Source of the DNA: Octopus bimaculoides
Lineage: Eukaryota
Assembly: GCF_001194135.2 (NCBI RefSeq)
Contig: NC_068992.1
Coordinates: 11,529,700-11,567,365 of the forward strand
Direction: 5' to 3'
Length of the DNA: 37,666 bases
Translations under genes and position numbers: made by a program
Notes under the pieces: generated by a model
Told to the model about the DNA's origin: nothing
Databases searched by the model: none
What the model saw: only the letters and a program-made list of their open reading frames with translations
Shown: positions 11,843 to 23,040 of the stretch, in pieces
How the letters are laid out: each line of letters starts with the position of its first letter
Position numbering within the stretch: position 1 is the first letter of the stretch

Positions 11843-11886
11843 CTGACATACTAACAAGTCTGTCAAGTTGCCTTATGTATGTATAT

Positions 11887-12581
11887 GAACTCTTGCAAAG
11901 TGATGCCTTTTAACACCTCTGTCGTTTTTTGCTTCACTTCTTCCACATCTGCAAATTCCATAGCACCAGCATTCGTCACCAGTGATGACATTCGAAAATA
12001 GTCCTTTGATAAAAAAAAAACGTCCCGATCAACTTCCAACTGCTTTTTCAGTTCATGACATGCATTCAGTCATGACTACTTTTGATCTTCCTTGAGCAAG
12101 CTAGGCACAAATTTCACTGCGACTCCTTTCATTCGCAATTCCTCACAAAATTCGTTGGGAGGAGCCCCAGCAAGCCCCAATCATATCAACAAGTTCAGTT
12201 GTTTGGTGGTGGTCCTCCAAGATCAGTTCATGAATTTTCATGTTTTCATTCGGGAGCTCAATGGGTGTCCTGAACAAGGTTGGTTTTCAAGCAACAAATT
12301 ACCATTCCCAAAGCATGGAAATCATTTGTAAACCTCTGTTTTGCTCATGGCAGTGTCCTTGTAAGCTGTTCGAAGCCCATTGTTTTCTGCAGCAGAAAAC
12401 AGAATTTCATGGATGCACGGTGTTCCTTTGTTTCAGCAATTGCAAAAATTGACAAACACGAGGAGCACTGTAAGGCATGAACGTGCCATGTGGCAGTATG
12501 ACTTCACCCAATAACGCTGGTCAATAGACTGATGCCTAAGAGTCACATTAAGTGGCTTCTAGTGGCAGAAGCCTGAACTAC
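11887..12581 (-). mobile_element. Decayed, internally deleted mariner DNA transposon (transposase pseudogene plus 5' UTR)
   Basis: From 12440 down, across frameshifts: AETKEHRASMKFCFLLQKT..LRTAYKDTAMSKTEVYK*F..LENQPCSGHP..NENMKIHELILED..EELRMKGVAVKFVPSLLKEDQK..CHELKKQLEVD..FSNVITGDECWCYG, then directly FADVEEVKQKTTEVLKGITLQEF. The HTH regions, the xVP motif (WVPHEL equivalent) and the first catalytic Asp (TGDE) of mariner transposase are present. Confidence 0.9.
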
Positions 12582-12591
12582 NNNNNNNNNN

Positions 12592-12670
12592 CACCAGTCC
12601 TCAGTCAAATCGTCCAACCCATGCTAGCATGGAAAGCGGACGTTAAACGATGATGATGATGATGATGATG
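12592..12670 (+). mobile_element. 3' end of RTE-tailed non-autonomous element family C with (GAT)n tail
   Basis: CACCAGTCCTCAGTCAAATCGTCCAACCCATGCTAGCATGGAAAGCGGACGTTAAACGATGATG; reverse-complement matches at 17483 and 30205. Confidence 0.85.
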
Positions 12671-12703
<33 letters not shown>

Positions 12704-12729
12704 TTTATACAAACATACACACACACACA

Positions 12730-12850
12730 AATCCGTTTACAAGGCTTTGGTTAACTCAGAGCCTAAGCAGAAGACTTTCTCAAAATGTCACACAGTGGGA
12801 CTGAACTTGAAACCATCGATTTGGGGAGGCAATTTCTTAATTACTCATTC
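12730..12850 (-). mobile_element. SINE family B 5' fragment
   Basis: ACAAGGCTTTGG..AGAAGAC..CACACAGTGGGACTGAAC..AACCAT aligns with the 35560-35697 segment of the best family B copy. Confidence 0.7.
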
Positions 12851-13064
12851 ATGTCTGTACCGAATAACAATATATTTAGAAACAGCTCTTAGCTTGGCTT
12901 TGTAAAGTCAATTTAAAGACAGCTTAATTAATATTGAATAAATATAAACAGTCAAGTCTAATTTGCAGAATCGTTCTTTAGGAATCTATAATCATTTATG
13001 TTGTAATATTCGTTTGGTTAATTTGCAGAATTGCCATCACACCAGCTTCCTTCATTTAACCATG

Positions 13065-13126
13065 TCATTCTATATTCACAGTTGAATTCACTGTGGGTTT
13101 GGTTTTATCTTTAAAGTGTTCATAAA
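13065..13126 (-). CDS. Weak candidate terminal coding exon, (V)YEHFKDKTKPTVNSTVNIE*
   Basis: Acceptor TTCTCAG at 13127; its phase is compatible with the 14836-14958 exon (g|tt = Val). Short, with no recognised homology. Confidence 0.25.
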
Positions 13127-13334
13127 CTGAGAACCAGTAATACACTAGAATGAATTTTACTGAATTTAACTCTCTCCATGTTCTACTCTACAGAAGAAGG
13201 CCATCATTACATCAGGAATGTTTTATACACACACCTACATGCACCTACTCACACACACACATAGACAAACATCATTCACAGAAACACTTTCTCACTGAAA
13301 CTTTAAGAAATACTTTGTAATGATCCCACTCAGT

Positions 13335-13487
13335 AATATGGTTGGTGTTAGGAAGGGCGTCCAGCAGTAAAAGCCATGCCAAAACAGACAATGGAACTTG
13401 GTGCAGTCCTCTGGCGTGCCAACTCCTGTTAAACCGCCCAACCCATGCCACCATGGAAGACTAATGTAAAACAATGATGATGGTGAC
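13335..13487 (+). mobile_element. Family C element 3' half
   Basis: GGTTGGTGTTAGGAAGGGCGTCCAGC..CCCAACCCATGCCACCATGGAA..ATGATGATG. Confidence 0.8.
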
Positions 13488-14835
13488 ACCATTAGTGGTT
13501 TTAGAAAGAGTGTCACCATAATAAGTTACATTCAGAAGTTTATATGGATGCTTAGGTGCTAAGAAAGTTACAAGAACCAAGTAATCTTGCACTGTGCTAT
13601 TTTAATCTCAATGTTATTACACCATTCAGATTTACTGTCTGATAATGTAGTATTGAAATTCTACAATGTGTCATGTGGTTGTAAATCTTGGTTCAGCCAA
13701 TGACATTCAAGCATGGCAATAGTGTAAAACAACATGACATGATTGGGAGGTTTGATTTTAAAACATTTCAAGTAATTTAACTATTTATAGATTTTGAAAT
13801 AAAGCACACTTGACTCTAAGTTTCTTTGTCAGCTTATACTCACACTACTAACACATCTGTTGTTTGATCATCTAGGTAAAGATTACCGTACAACAGATAA
13901 ATCCGCCCCCACTTCTCTTCTCTTACACAGAACAAAATCTTCAACACTGGTTCAATATCTAGTCACATCTGTTTTACTAGCTATACGAACAACACTCCTT
14001 GGGAAAGATTACAATATCTTTGACTCCTGTTCGCTCTTGGAATCAGAGAGATATTTCATCTATTTATCAATAGGTACTGATCACAAGTGATCAATCAGTT
14101 AACTGTTTATAAAAGTTGTACAGGAGCAAGGGTAATTTTTTTTTCATCATTTTATACATAGAGACTCTCTTTCCATCTCTCTTCCCAGCCCCTCTCTCTC
14201 TCTCTCTCTCACAGACACACTTTCATGCAGTTTATTCACACATGCTTAATGGTAGATAATCAAAGAGACGATACTTATTTTATCTCTTAATTGCTATCAA
14301 AACAGGAAACAGTCAAGTAAAGAATAAAATTATTATCATTATTATTACTGTTATTATTATTGTTGCTGTTGTTGTTGTTGTCATTTTGTATTTGTGAGGA
14401 GGGGTTTAGTGTTGTTTGTGTGTTCTATTGTGAATGACAACAATACAGGAAAATAACAAAAAAAGAAAAAAGAAAAGCACAAAGTATGTATCCAACAGAA
14501 AATAGACAAAGAATACAAAGCATATATTCAAAGAATTAACGTAAAAGACGTCTAGGCAGAATTCCAAAAAAAAAGAAAGAAAAAAGAAAAAAAAGCCTCT
14601 CTATTGTGCTGATGGAATCTATATCTGATTATCAACTCTACAAGATTTAAAAGATAGGTGCGAGGGGGAAAAATTTTAACTGCTTCATATAACATCTGCA
14701 GAATTCTATGAAAAAAATACAAAAATGATCATGTTTAAGCAAAGAAACGAAGTGGTCCTGAAAGTACAAACACAGGTCATAGAGTGCTATGCATATATTG
14801 GTTTTGTTTCTATCTAGTGGTGCTCATGAACTCAC

Positions 14836-14958
14836 CCCATAACCTATGATGTCGTATATTATGGAGACCTGGACGAGGGCCATTTATCTTGTCTTTATGC
14901 AAATAATGTCTGTTGGGATTGTCTTTAACTTCAAAAGCAAATTTGTTATCCATTCCAG
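14836..14958 (-). CDS. Candidate internal coding exon (123 nt, phase 1/1), xGMDNKFAFEVKDNPNRHYLHKDKINGPRPGLHNIRHHRLW; product unknown
   Basis: Acceptor TTTTTATAATCTTGCAG and donor GG|GTGAGT are both strong. Only one of three frames is open across the exon, the sequence is not repetitive, and the composition is protein-like. It is missing from the ORF track because it is short. Confidence 0.6.
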
Positions 14959-15388
14959 CTGCAAGATTATAAAAACAACATTAAATATATTATCAACGAA
15001 TCACTTTCAGATAAGCAGCATCCCAGCACTGTTGCAAACGTTTGAAAATCTACAGGAATAATTTGAATATTAAACAATGTTGGATTAAGAAAGAAAAGAG
15101 AAAAATATACATGAAAAAAAAAAAATAAAAGATATGATTTATTTATATAAAAAATAAGGTTTTCAGGAAAGAAAAATGATTATACAGCACCAAAGGTGAC
15201 ACTTTAACTGTGTGGTTAAAGTACAAAATTGCTTTTCGTATGGTCTCCATGTTCTAACCTAACTACAACCCATAGCTGTAGTATAAACCTCTGTCATTGA
15301 TAGAAAAGACATTAGCAATGGCGATAGCATTGATCCATCATAGGGAAAGATTGAAATTAGTACTCAAAAAAAAAAAAAGAAGTATTTT

Positions 15389-15735
15389 GCTTAGTGTTTA
15401 GTATACTTAAAATCAGATGGCCCGAACACATAAGCAATATGGAGCTATGGCAAAGAACAAATCAAGTTCCGATTAGAGAGCAAATATTTAAGAAAAAGTG
15501 GAAGTGGATTGGTAGCACAATTACAAAGGACACACCAAATGTAGCGAAAAGTAATTTACAGTGGAATCCAGATGGATATAGAAAGAGGGGTAGGCCTAAG
15601 AACTCGAGACGTAGATCAACACAAAAGGAACTAGAGAAAGGGGGACATTCATGGCAGAGTATAAGTACAGAAGCGAGAAATTATGCGACATGGAATTCAA
15701 TTATAAGTGGCCTATACTCTGCGTTGGAGGGTTAA
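15389..15735 (+). mobile_element. 5'-truncated RTE-clade LINE, ORF C-terminus
   Basis: ILKIRWPEHISNMELWQRTNQVPIREQIFKKKWKWIGSTITKDTPNVAKSNLQWNPDGYRKRGRPKNSRRR..W..I..EARNYATW matches the RTE C-terminal pattern (IxW..ISNxEL..RWxWxGH..LxWxPxGxRxRGRPxxTW). Confidence 0.88.
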
Positions 15736-15845
15736 AGGCAAAAGAGTTTAGTTAAGGTACTTAACACTGTATGCATAGCTAAGTATTTTGATCCTCAAGA
15801 TGGTAATTCAGTGGCATATAACATTCATGGAAAAATATGCTGATA

Positions 15846-15957
15846 TATATGAAATAACAGAGTTGATTCTTGCACATAGTATTACAATCTCATAGGTCTT
15901 GTATATAAAATAGCAGAGTTAATTCTTGCTCATAGAATTACAATCTCATAGGTCTTG
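15846..15957. repeat. 56-bp tandem duplication (2 copies, about 6 mismatches)
   Basis: 15846-15901 versus 15902-15957; both end in TTACAATCTCATAGGTCTTG. Confidence 0.9.
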
Positions 15958-17159
15958 GGTTGAAACCTAGTGACAGTTTTGTAGTGTCTCAGTGCATTGT
16001 TCTTAATTAATTTTGCTTTTCTGCAGCCCCCATAACTTGGGAATAAGTACCAGATCATCTGACAATGTTACCTGATGTAGACAAACACTTATAACAGCAG
16101 GAAATATATTTCACATCTGCTTTAGTGCCAAAGAGATTAGTAAAAACATTTAGTCAGTAACACAAGTGTATTTTAGACAAGAGGAAGTAATATTCCATCA
16201 ATTTTTGTCTCCAGAATGACATAACTTCAACAAAGAGTCAGAAACATCAAAGGAGATATTTTTGGTTCGTGCAGTTGGTATATCTTGTCTGTAGCTCAAT
16301 TGCTGATAAATTTGTATATATACACACCAGGCCACTTTTGGTTTTAAGTCATGGTATTGAACAAATTATTCAAGTGAATGGATTTCTCTTGTACTCCGAG
16401 CTATTCTGAGACAACTGAATATATCAACACTTGCCTTATTTATGTCTCTTATTTGTGAATCATAGACTTGACTGGTTTTCTAAATTGTATATTATAAAGT
16501 CAGTTATGTGTGCATGTATGTCAGCTAAACAAAAGAACAAAGTAGCTCACAAAACAGAGGCAGATAGTACAAGAAACGGAGAGGCAGTTCAGGCAGCGAC
16601 CAACATTGTTTGCATAAGATAATGATTGTTCAATAGAAGCACATGTTATATCCAATATATTTTATGCAACAGAATTTTCCAAGCCTAGTTATTATTTCTT
16701 TTCTCAAAGACTTCCATTTTTCTTTTAAAGGGTTAGTGTAGTGATTACCAAGTGAATTAATGAAAATAAGTTTTTGTTCCATTTATTTATTACAGTGTAT
16801 ATAAATATAGAAGAGATAAACTAACCAAAATAGGAAAAAGAAAATTGGTTATGATGAACAGGGGTGGGTATATAACGATTTTATAATTCATGAAGTAACA
16901 TAAAATTTGTACTGTAACGCATTTGCATCAGTTATTAGTAACAAAACTTAATGGTTAGCTGTACATCAATGCAAGTGATTAGGGCTACTCTATGTTGACA
17001 ATAACAACATTAAGTTATCTGCCTCTACATTATAACGGAATGATGACTCAGTATTAGAAGATCAAAACCAGTAGATTATTGAACCAAGTTAAAGTATTTT
17101 TCTTGTACTGTAGACAATTGAATAACTAAAGTAGAAAGAGACCTCCATTTTTTGTAGAG

Positions 17160-17430
17160 ATCTTGGCTGTGTGATCAAGAAATCTGCTTTAGTACCAGGT
17201 AGTTTCAGGTTCGTCCCAGCTGTGAGGAATCATGCACAAGTGTCTTGTATTATACCCATGGGTTTCCAAGTGACTTATTAGTAAATATGATTGATAGAAG
17301 CTGTGTGCACTTGAGCTTTCTTCAATCTATATTGCCTTCATATAACACCAGTGTTTGTTTGTATCCCTATAACTTAAAAGTTTGGCAAGTATAACAACAG
17401 ACAAACTAAGTATTGGCCTTAAAATAATAA
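17160..17430 (+). mobile_element. Old, decayed SINE family B copy
   Basis: GGCTGTGTGATCAAGAAATCTGCT..CAGGTTCGTCCCA..CAAGTGTCTT..TAACACCAGTGTTTGTTTGTATCCCTATAACTTA loosely follows the reverse complement of 35327-35698. Confidence 0.6.
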
Positions 17431-17482
17431 TTAATACTAATTAATACTGGGTGGGGGAGTTCATTTAATCAATTAAGCCCAT

Positions 17483-17870
17483 CTCCATGCTAGCATGGGT
17501 TGGACGATTTGACTGAGGACTGGTGAACCAGATGGCTACACCAGGCTCCAATATGATTTGGCAGAGTTTCTACAGCTGGATGCCCTTCCTAATGCCAACA
17601 ACTCTGAGAGTGTAGTGGGTGCTTTTACGTGCCACCGGCACGAAGGCCAGTCAGGCGGTACTGGCAACGGCGATGCTCAAAATGGTGTATTTTATGTGCC
17701 ACCTGCACAGGAGCCAGTCCAGCGGTACTGGCAACAATCTCACTCGAATGTCTTTACACGTGCCACCAGCACAAGTGCCAGGAAGGCGACGCTGGGCACA
17801 GGTGCCATTACGATTTCACTTTCGCTTGCCCCGACAGGTCTTCACAAGCCGAGTTTCATGTTCAATTTCA
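17483..17870 (-). mobile_element. Family C element, long copy with three internal ~65 bp imperfect tandem units
   Basis: Begins CTCCATGCTAGCATGGGTTGGACGATTTGACTGAGGACTGGTG, contains CTGGATGCCCTTCCTAATGCCAAC, and has GTGCCACC-anchored units at about 17624, 17692 and 17756. Confidence 0.85.
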
Positions 17871-17900
17871 GTGTTGATACTAACTATCATAATTATTTGT

Positions 17901-17949
<49 letters not shown>

Positions 17950-19648
17950 GTGTATGTATATATAAATGTATGTGTGTGTGTATGTATAAATTTATGTACT
18001 TGTACAAAAAGATATATATGTTACATACGTATTTATTCTGCTTTACATAATTACTAATTGCACATTTTAACAACAATGCATAACAAGCAATAAAAACGAA
18101 AACAAGAAAAAAAGAAACATACTAATAAGTAAAAAAGAAAGAAATTTAAATATATAACGAAAGAAATAAAATGAAAACTAATTATCAAGAAAGAAACAAC
18201 AGTAGAATCATCAAACAAAATGAAATTAACACTTTGTGGGGGGAAGAAAAAAACAAAAAACCAAGAAAGGTAAGGGAAGGGCTCAATGGAAATTAACTGG
18301 AAAGATATATTTTTAAATCTTCCCATTTTGATGAAAGAAGCATTGTTGCCAATAATTCTAATAGACACTTACATCCAGATCGTATCAATTATTACTCAGA
18401 CGAACCTTCATACCATAAACAAGAATGGCAAACCATGTCCACCGGCTCATAGAAGTGTCAGTTCTATTTATTTCTACATGTATGCTTTGGCATAGAGCTT
18501 CACTTCACTCCATTTCACTTGGCTTCATTTTTTTTTTTTTGCAGGGAGGAGGAGGAGTGAGAGTAGATAATATCTATCGGTCTATCTATCTATCTATATA
18601 TATATATATATTTATATGTATGTATATATATGTATATATATATATATGTATATATATATATNNNNNNNNNNNNNNNNNNNNNNNNNNNNNNNNNNNNNNN
18701 NNNNNNNNNNNNNNNNNNNNNNNNNNNNNNNNNNNNNNNNNNNNNNNNNNNNNNNNNNNNNNNNNNNNNNNNNNNNNNNNNNNNNNNNNNNNNNNNNNNN
18801 NNNNNNNNNNNNNNNNNNNNNNNNNNNNNNNNNNNNNNNNNNNNNNNNNNNNNNNNNNNNNNNNNNNNNNNNNNNNNNNNNNNNNNNNNNNNNNNNNNNN
18901 NNNNNNNNNNNNNNNNNNNNNNNNNNNNNNNNNNNNNNNNNNNNNNNNNNNNNNNNNNNNNNNNNNNNNNNNNNNNNNNNNNNNNNNNNNNNNNNNNNNN
19001 NNNNNNNNNNNNNNNNNNNNNNNNNNNNNNNNNNNNNNNNNNNNNNNNNNNNNNNNNNNNNNNNNNNNNNNNNNNNNNNNNNNNNNNNNNNNNNNNNNNN
19101 NNNNNNNNNNNNNNNNNNNNNNNNNNNNNNNNNNNNNNNNNNNNNNNNNNNNNNNNNNNNNNNNNNNNNNNNNNNNNNNNNNNNNNNNNNNNNNNNNNNN
19201 NNNNNNNNNNNNNNNNNNNNNNNNNNNNNNNNNNNNNNNNGAGTCGACTCTATCCATAAAATACTTCTCCAACCTTACCTTTGCTCTCTTTATCTTTTTG
19301 TTTTTATATATTTACATATACACACGCTAATACACGACTTATAATACCCAATCCTGTTCATACAACGACTGGGACAAACTAGTCGGTATACAGCACTTAC
19401 TCGGTATTACCTGTATCCTCCGGGGTTTGGTTAAATCCAATACCCTCCTCAACCTTATATATATATATATATATATACACATATATATTTGTACATAAAT
19501 ATGTATGCAAATGTACATGCATGTATATTTATCTGTGAATGTGTGTGTGTATGTCTATACACACACACACATATAGGTGTGTGTATACATATATATGTAT
19601 GTATATATATATACATATGTATATATATATATATATATATTTATTTAC

Positions 19649-19688
<40 letters not shown>

Positions 19689-20607
19689 ACATATGTATAT
19701 CTTTATATTTATATACACCCACATATGTATGGAGGCATATATATTTTGAGATTTCTTTATTTTTTAACATTTATTTCTATTTCCTTGTTTTCTTTCCTTA
19801 TTTCTTTCCTGAATTCATTAAAATATTTACACAAACTTTCAAGTTCCAATATTTAGTGGACCATATATTTGCTCTTCAATTTAATGTTTGAATAATACAA
19901 CACAAAACAAAACAAACCTAAAAAAATAAAACAAAAATAAAAATTAGCAGAAATAATTCCTTGGACATAAATAATTTCAGCTAACACACACATAATGCAT
20001 ACAACCACATATATACAACTGTAGATATAGCTCTTTTATAATACATGCATGTATTCAATACATTACTCTACTCCAAATGTGCCTTTTTTCTGTATGCAAT
20101 ATGTTAATATGTACATGTTGATATGAGTCTTTGGTTAAAATACTCTAAGGTTGTATTTATGTTCTCTGAATAGACATCAAACTATTTTGTAATTTAAAGC
20201 AAGTATCATAAAATGCAGAATAATTTCATACACTTCAGACTTCAATCTATGTTCAAAAGCAGCAGAGAAAGACATGCATTATGCAGTTTAAAGAAAAGAA
20301 CGGTAGTTGAAAGCTCTATAGCCATAGAGAGCCACTTGCTGTTTTGATACTGAATATATGTGGTAATTTTTAACAATAAATAATAATATTCAGTATATAT
20401 GCATAGTTCATAAACTGATAAACACAGAAATGATGCATAATAATGTTCAGTAATTTGGGATGAGCATAAATATGTGATAGTTAAGTCAATAGCATAAGAG
20501 ATAACCAACTGATAGGTCAATGTTGGTCATTCTATCACTGCTACTCAACTGTAATCATTCTGGTTAAGCCACCTTGCTCTCAGACCAAGCAAAACATTTT
20601 ACATTCC

Positions 20608-20656
<49 letters not shown>

Positions 20657-20713
20657 CTTACCTACCTACTTACCTATTTATCTATCAATCTACCTACCAA
20701 CCTACCTACCCAC

Positions 20714-20758
<45 letters not shown>
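20608..20758. repeat. (TCTA)n/(CCTA)n tetranucleotide microsatellite
   Basis: Visible run. Confidence 0.95.
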
Positions 20759-21380
20759 ATCATGGACGGACGGTAGACACATCGGCTCCCATGTAAGTTG
20801 CATTTTTCACCTCTTAAAAGACCTATTTTGTTTTAAAATTTTGTATAAGTTGTGTATAACACAAAATACTTCGTGAACATATATTTTTCAAATCGGAAAT
20901 AGCTCTATTTAGAGCCTTATTTCCAAAAATTCAAACATATCTTCCTCGTNNNNNNNNNNNNNNNNNNNNNNNNNNNNNNNNNNNNNNNNNNNNNNNNNNN
21001 NNNNNNNNNNNNNNNNNNNNNNNNNNNNNNNNNNNNNNNNNNNNNNNNNNNNNNNNNNNNNNNNNNNNNNNNNNNNNNNNNNNNNNNNNNNNNNNNNNNN
21101 NNNNNNNNNNNNNNNNNNNNNNNNNNNNNNNNNNNNNNNNNNNNNNNNNNNNNNNNNNNNNNNNNNNNNNNNNNNNNNNNNNNNNNNNNNNNNNNNNNNN
21201 NNNNNNNNNNNNNNNNNNNNNNNNNNNNNNNNNNNNNNNNNNNNNNNNNNNNNNNNNNNNNNNNNNNNNNNNNNNNNNNNNNNNNNNNNNNNNNNNNNNN
21301 NNNNNNNNNNNNNNNNGAAGAGTGACCATGCAAAAGAAAAAAGTAGACAAAGAGCAGAAAGACATAAAGCCTGACAGACG

Positions 21381-21412
<32 letters not shown>

Positions 21413-21794
21413 AGTGTATATGCGAGTATGCATGTTAGCGACAGAGAGCAATGAACGGTGCACAGCACCACAAGGGATGAGATGTCTCAAAACTGAATAT
21501 AAAAAAGAAGTGAAACTGTCAGACTTAAAAACAATAAAAAAAGAGGACAACAGGTATTTGAATAGGAAAACAAAGAGTGACTGATGCCAGACATGAAAAG
21601 AAAGAAGTTTAAACAGTGACACATACAAGAATGAAACTCAGATAGCCGTTCAGAGATATTCGTTTACTCAAGAAGATTCCATCTTCAAACAACATATAAA
21701 GAACAATAACTGCATGGAAGTGACCGTCATTTTGTCTTGAAGGTGGTTAGAAAACATATGTAACGAGTAATGTTTGTGAGGTGGGAATCAAAAG

Positions 21795-22150
21795 TGGGTC
21801 CCAGTTTGTTTTGTAGCCATGAGGTTTCGAGTTCAGTTCCACTGCACAGCATTTTGGGTAAGGATCTTCTCAGGCTAACCACGGCCTTTTGAATGAATTT
21901 AATCGATGAAAACTGTGGGGAAGCCCAGTAGGTATATATATCTGTGTGTGTGTGTTTCTTTGTATCTGTGTTTGCACCCCACTGCTTGACAACCGTCGTT
22001 TCTTTGTTGACATCCCCATAACTTTGCTGTTTGGCAACAGAGACCAAACAGAATAAATAAATAAAAATAATAATAATCGCTAGAATCAATTTGTTCAGCT
22101 GGGGCACTACCTCTTCAAGGTAGTGCCCCAGCATGGCCACAGTCAAATCA
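21795..22150 (+). mobile_element. SINE family B copy
   Basis: B-box-like GAGTTCAGTTCC, then CCACTGCACAGCATTTTGGGTAAG, a central (TA/TG) tract, CTTGACAACCG..CCCCATAACTT and the 3' GTGCCCCAGCATGGCCACAGTCAAAT; reverse complement of the 35.3 kb copy. Confidence 0.8.
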
Positions 22151-22697
22151 TTAGAACATCTTTCTCCTCCTCCTCCTCCTCATCATCATCATTTTATATC
22201 TACTTTCCATGCTAGTATGGGTGGTCCAAGTGAGTCAGATCTTTGAAGTTATTACCCTTCAAGAAATGACCGAAACAATGTCTTGCTTGTACATTTTATT
22301 TCGGCATATTCACAAGGATTCCATAGTTGCCCACCCTTTCTAACACCAGTACTTCCATACTTAAAATAGCCATACATACAGCGACAATTTCTTAATCTTG
22401 TTATTAAAAAATGTTATATTAAATAAATCGTAAGCAACTTTAGTACCAATGCACTATTAAACATTTTTTCGACAACATTACTGCATTGTCAAAATGCTGT
22501 CCTCTTGAGAACTGATTATTTATTTATTCTATTACTGAATTTTATATGAATATTTAATTATCTTAAAAATTATAAAACAGTAACTGCAGCTGCCCTTTTT
22601 TTTTTTTTCCTTTTTTTTACAAAATTCTTTATGGATTCTCTATCTCAATTATCTTTTGATAATTACTCATAAAGTATCATCTGTAAGTATATAATAT

Positions 22698-22698
22698 A

Positions 22699-22748
<50 letters not shown>

Positions 22749-22786
22749 TATTGTTATTATTATTATTATTACTACTGTTATTATCA

Positions 22787-22826
<40 letters not shown>
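22698..22826. repeat. (ATT)n microsatellite
   Basis: Visible ~130 bp array. Confidence 0.95.
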
Positions 22827-22827
<1 letters not shown>

Positions 22828-23040
22828 GACTTAACGCAGTATACAATATCGTGAGGTTGTCGATTGAAGATATTGTGTCTACCGAGGGGCTTGTACTGTT
22901 TGTCAAGTTACAACAAGGACCTCAGACTGACAGTACTTTATGCAATATGCGTGCAGTTCCAAGTAATGCCAGTTTTTGCAATACACCTAGATTGTAGGGC
23001 ATTTCTAAAGTTTTCAGATGCTTTTTTTTTTCAGATTGGG
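22827..23040 (-). mobile_element. Second R4/Dong-type retrotransposon 3' fragment, flush with (TAA)n
   Basis: Minus strand reads KHLKTLEMPYNLGVLQKLALLGTARILHKVLSV* (stop at 22922-22924). About 95 bp of 3' UTR runs directly into (TAA)n, and the 5' side is also TAA-like. Confidence 0.8.

Noticed and set aside
13931-14023. Strong plus-strand acceptor followed by NKIFNTGSISSHICFTSYTNNTPWERLQYL*
   Set aside because: There is no donor, partner exon or recognisable motif, and it lies inside the putative minus-strand intron; not distinguishable from chance.
14959-15052. Upstream mini-exon (DFQTFATVLGCCLSE) joined to the 14958 exon
   Set aside because: It would need a 46-nt intron with a weak GTGATT donor, which is implausibly short.
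17620-17800. Regularly spaced repeats resembling a CRISPR array; also 4151-4183
   Set aside because: Eukaryotic context; the units are degenerate tandem repeats without unique spacers, and there are no cas genes.
18296-18452. Plus-strand frame LERYIFKSSHFDE..HPDRINYYSDEPSYHKQEWQTMSTGS*, and a minus-strand GTAAGT donor at 18371
   Set aside because: There is no polypyrimidine acceptor for the plus frame, and all three minus frames have stops before the donor.
18425-19344. Long ORFs (200-300 aa) spanning N-gaps; likewise at 20.9-21.6, 25.2-26.1, 28.7-29.5, 31.0-31.4 and 36.1-36.8 kb
   Set aside because: Their length comes from untranslatable N runs and flanking TA/CA repeats.
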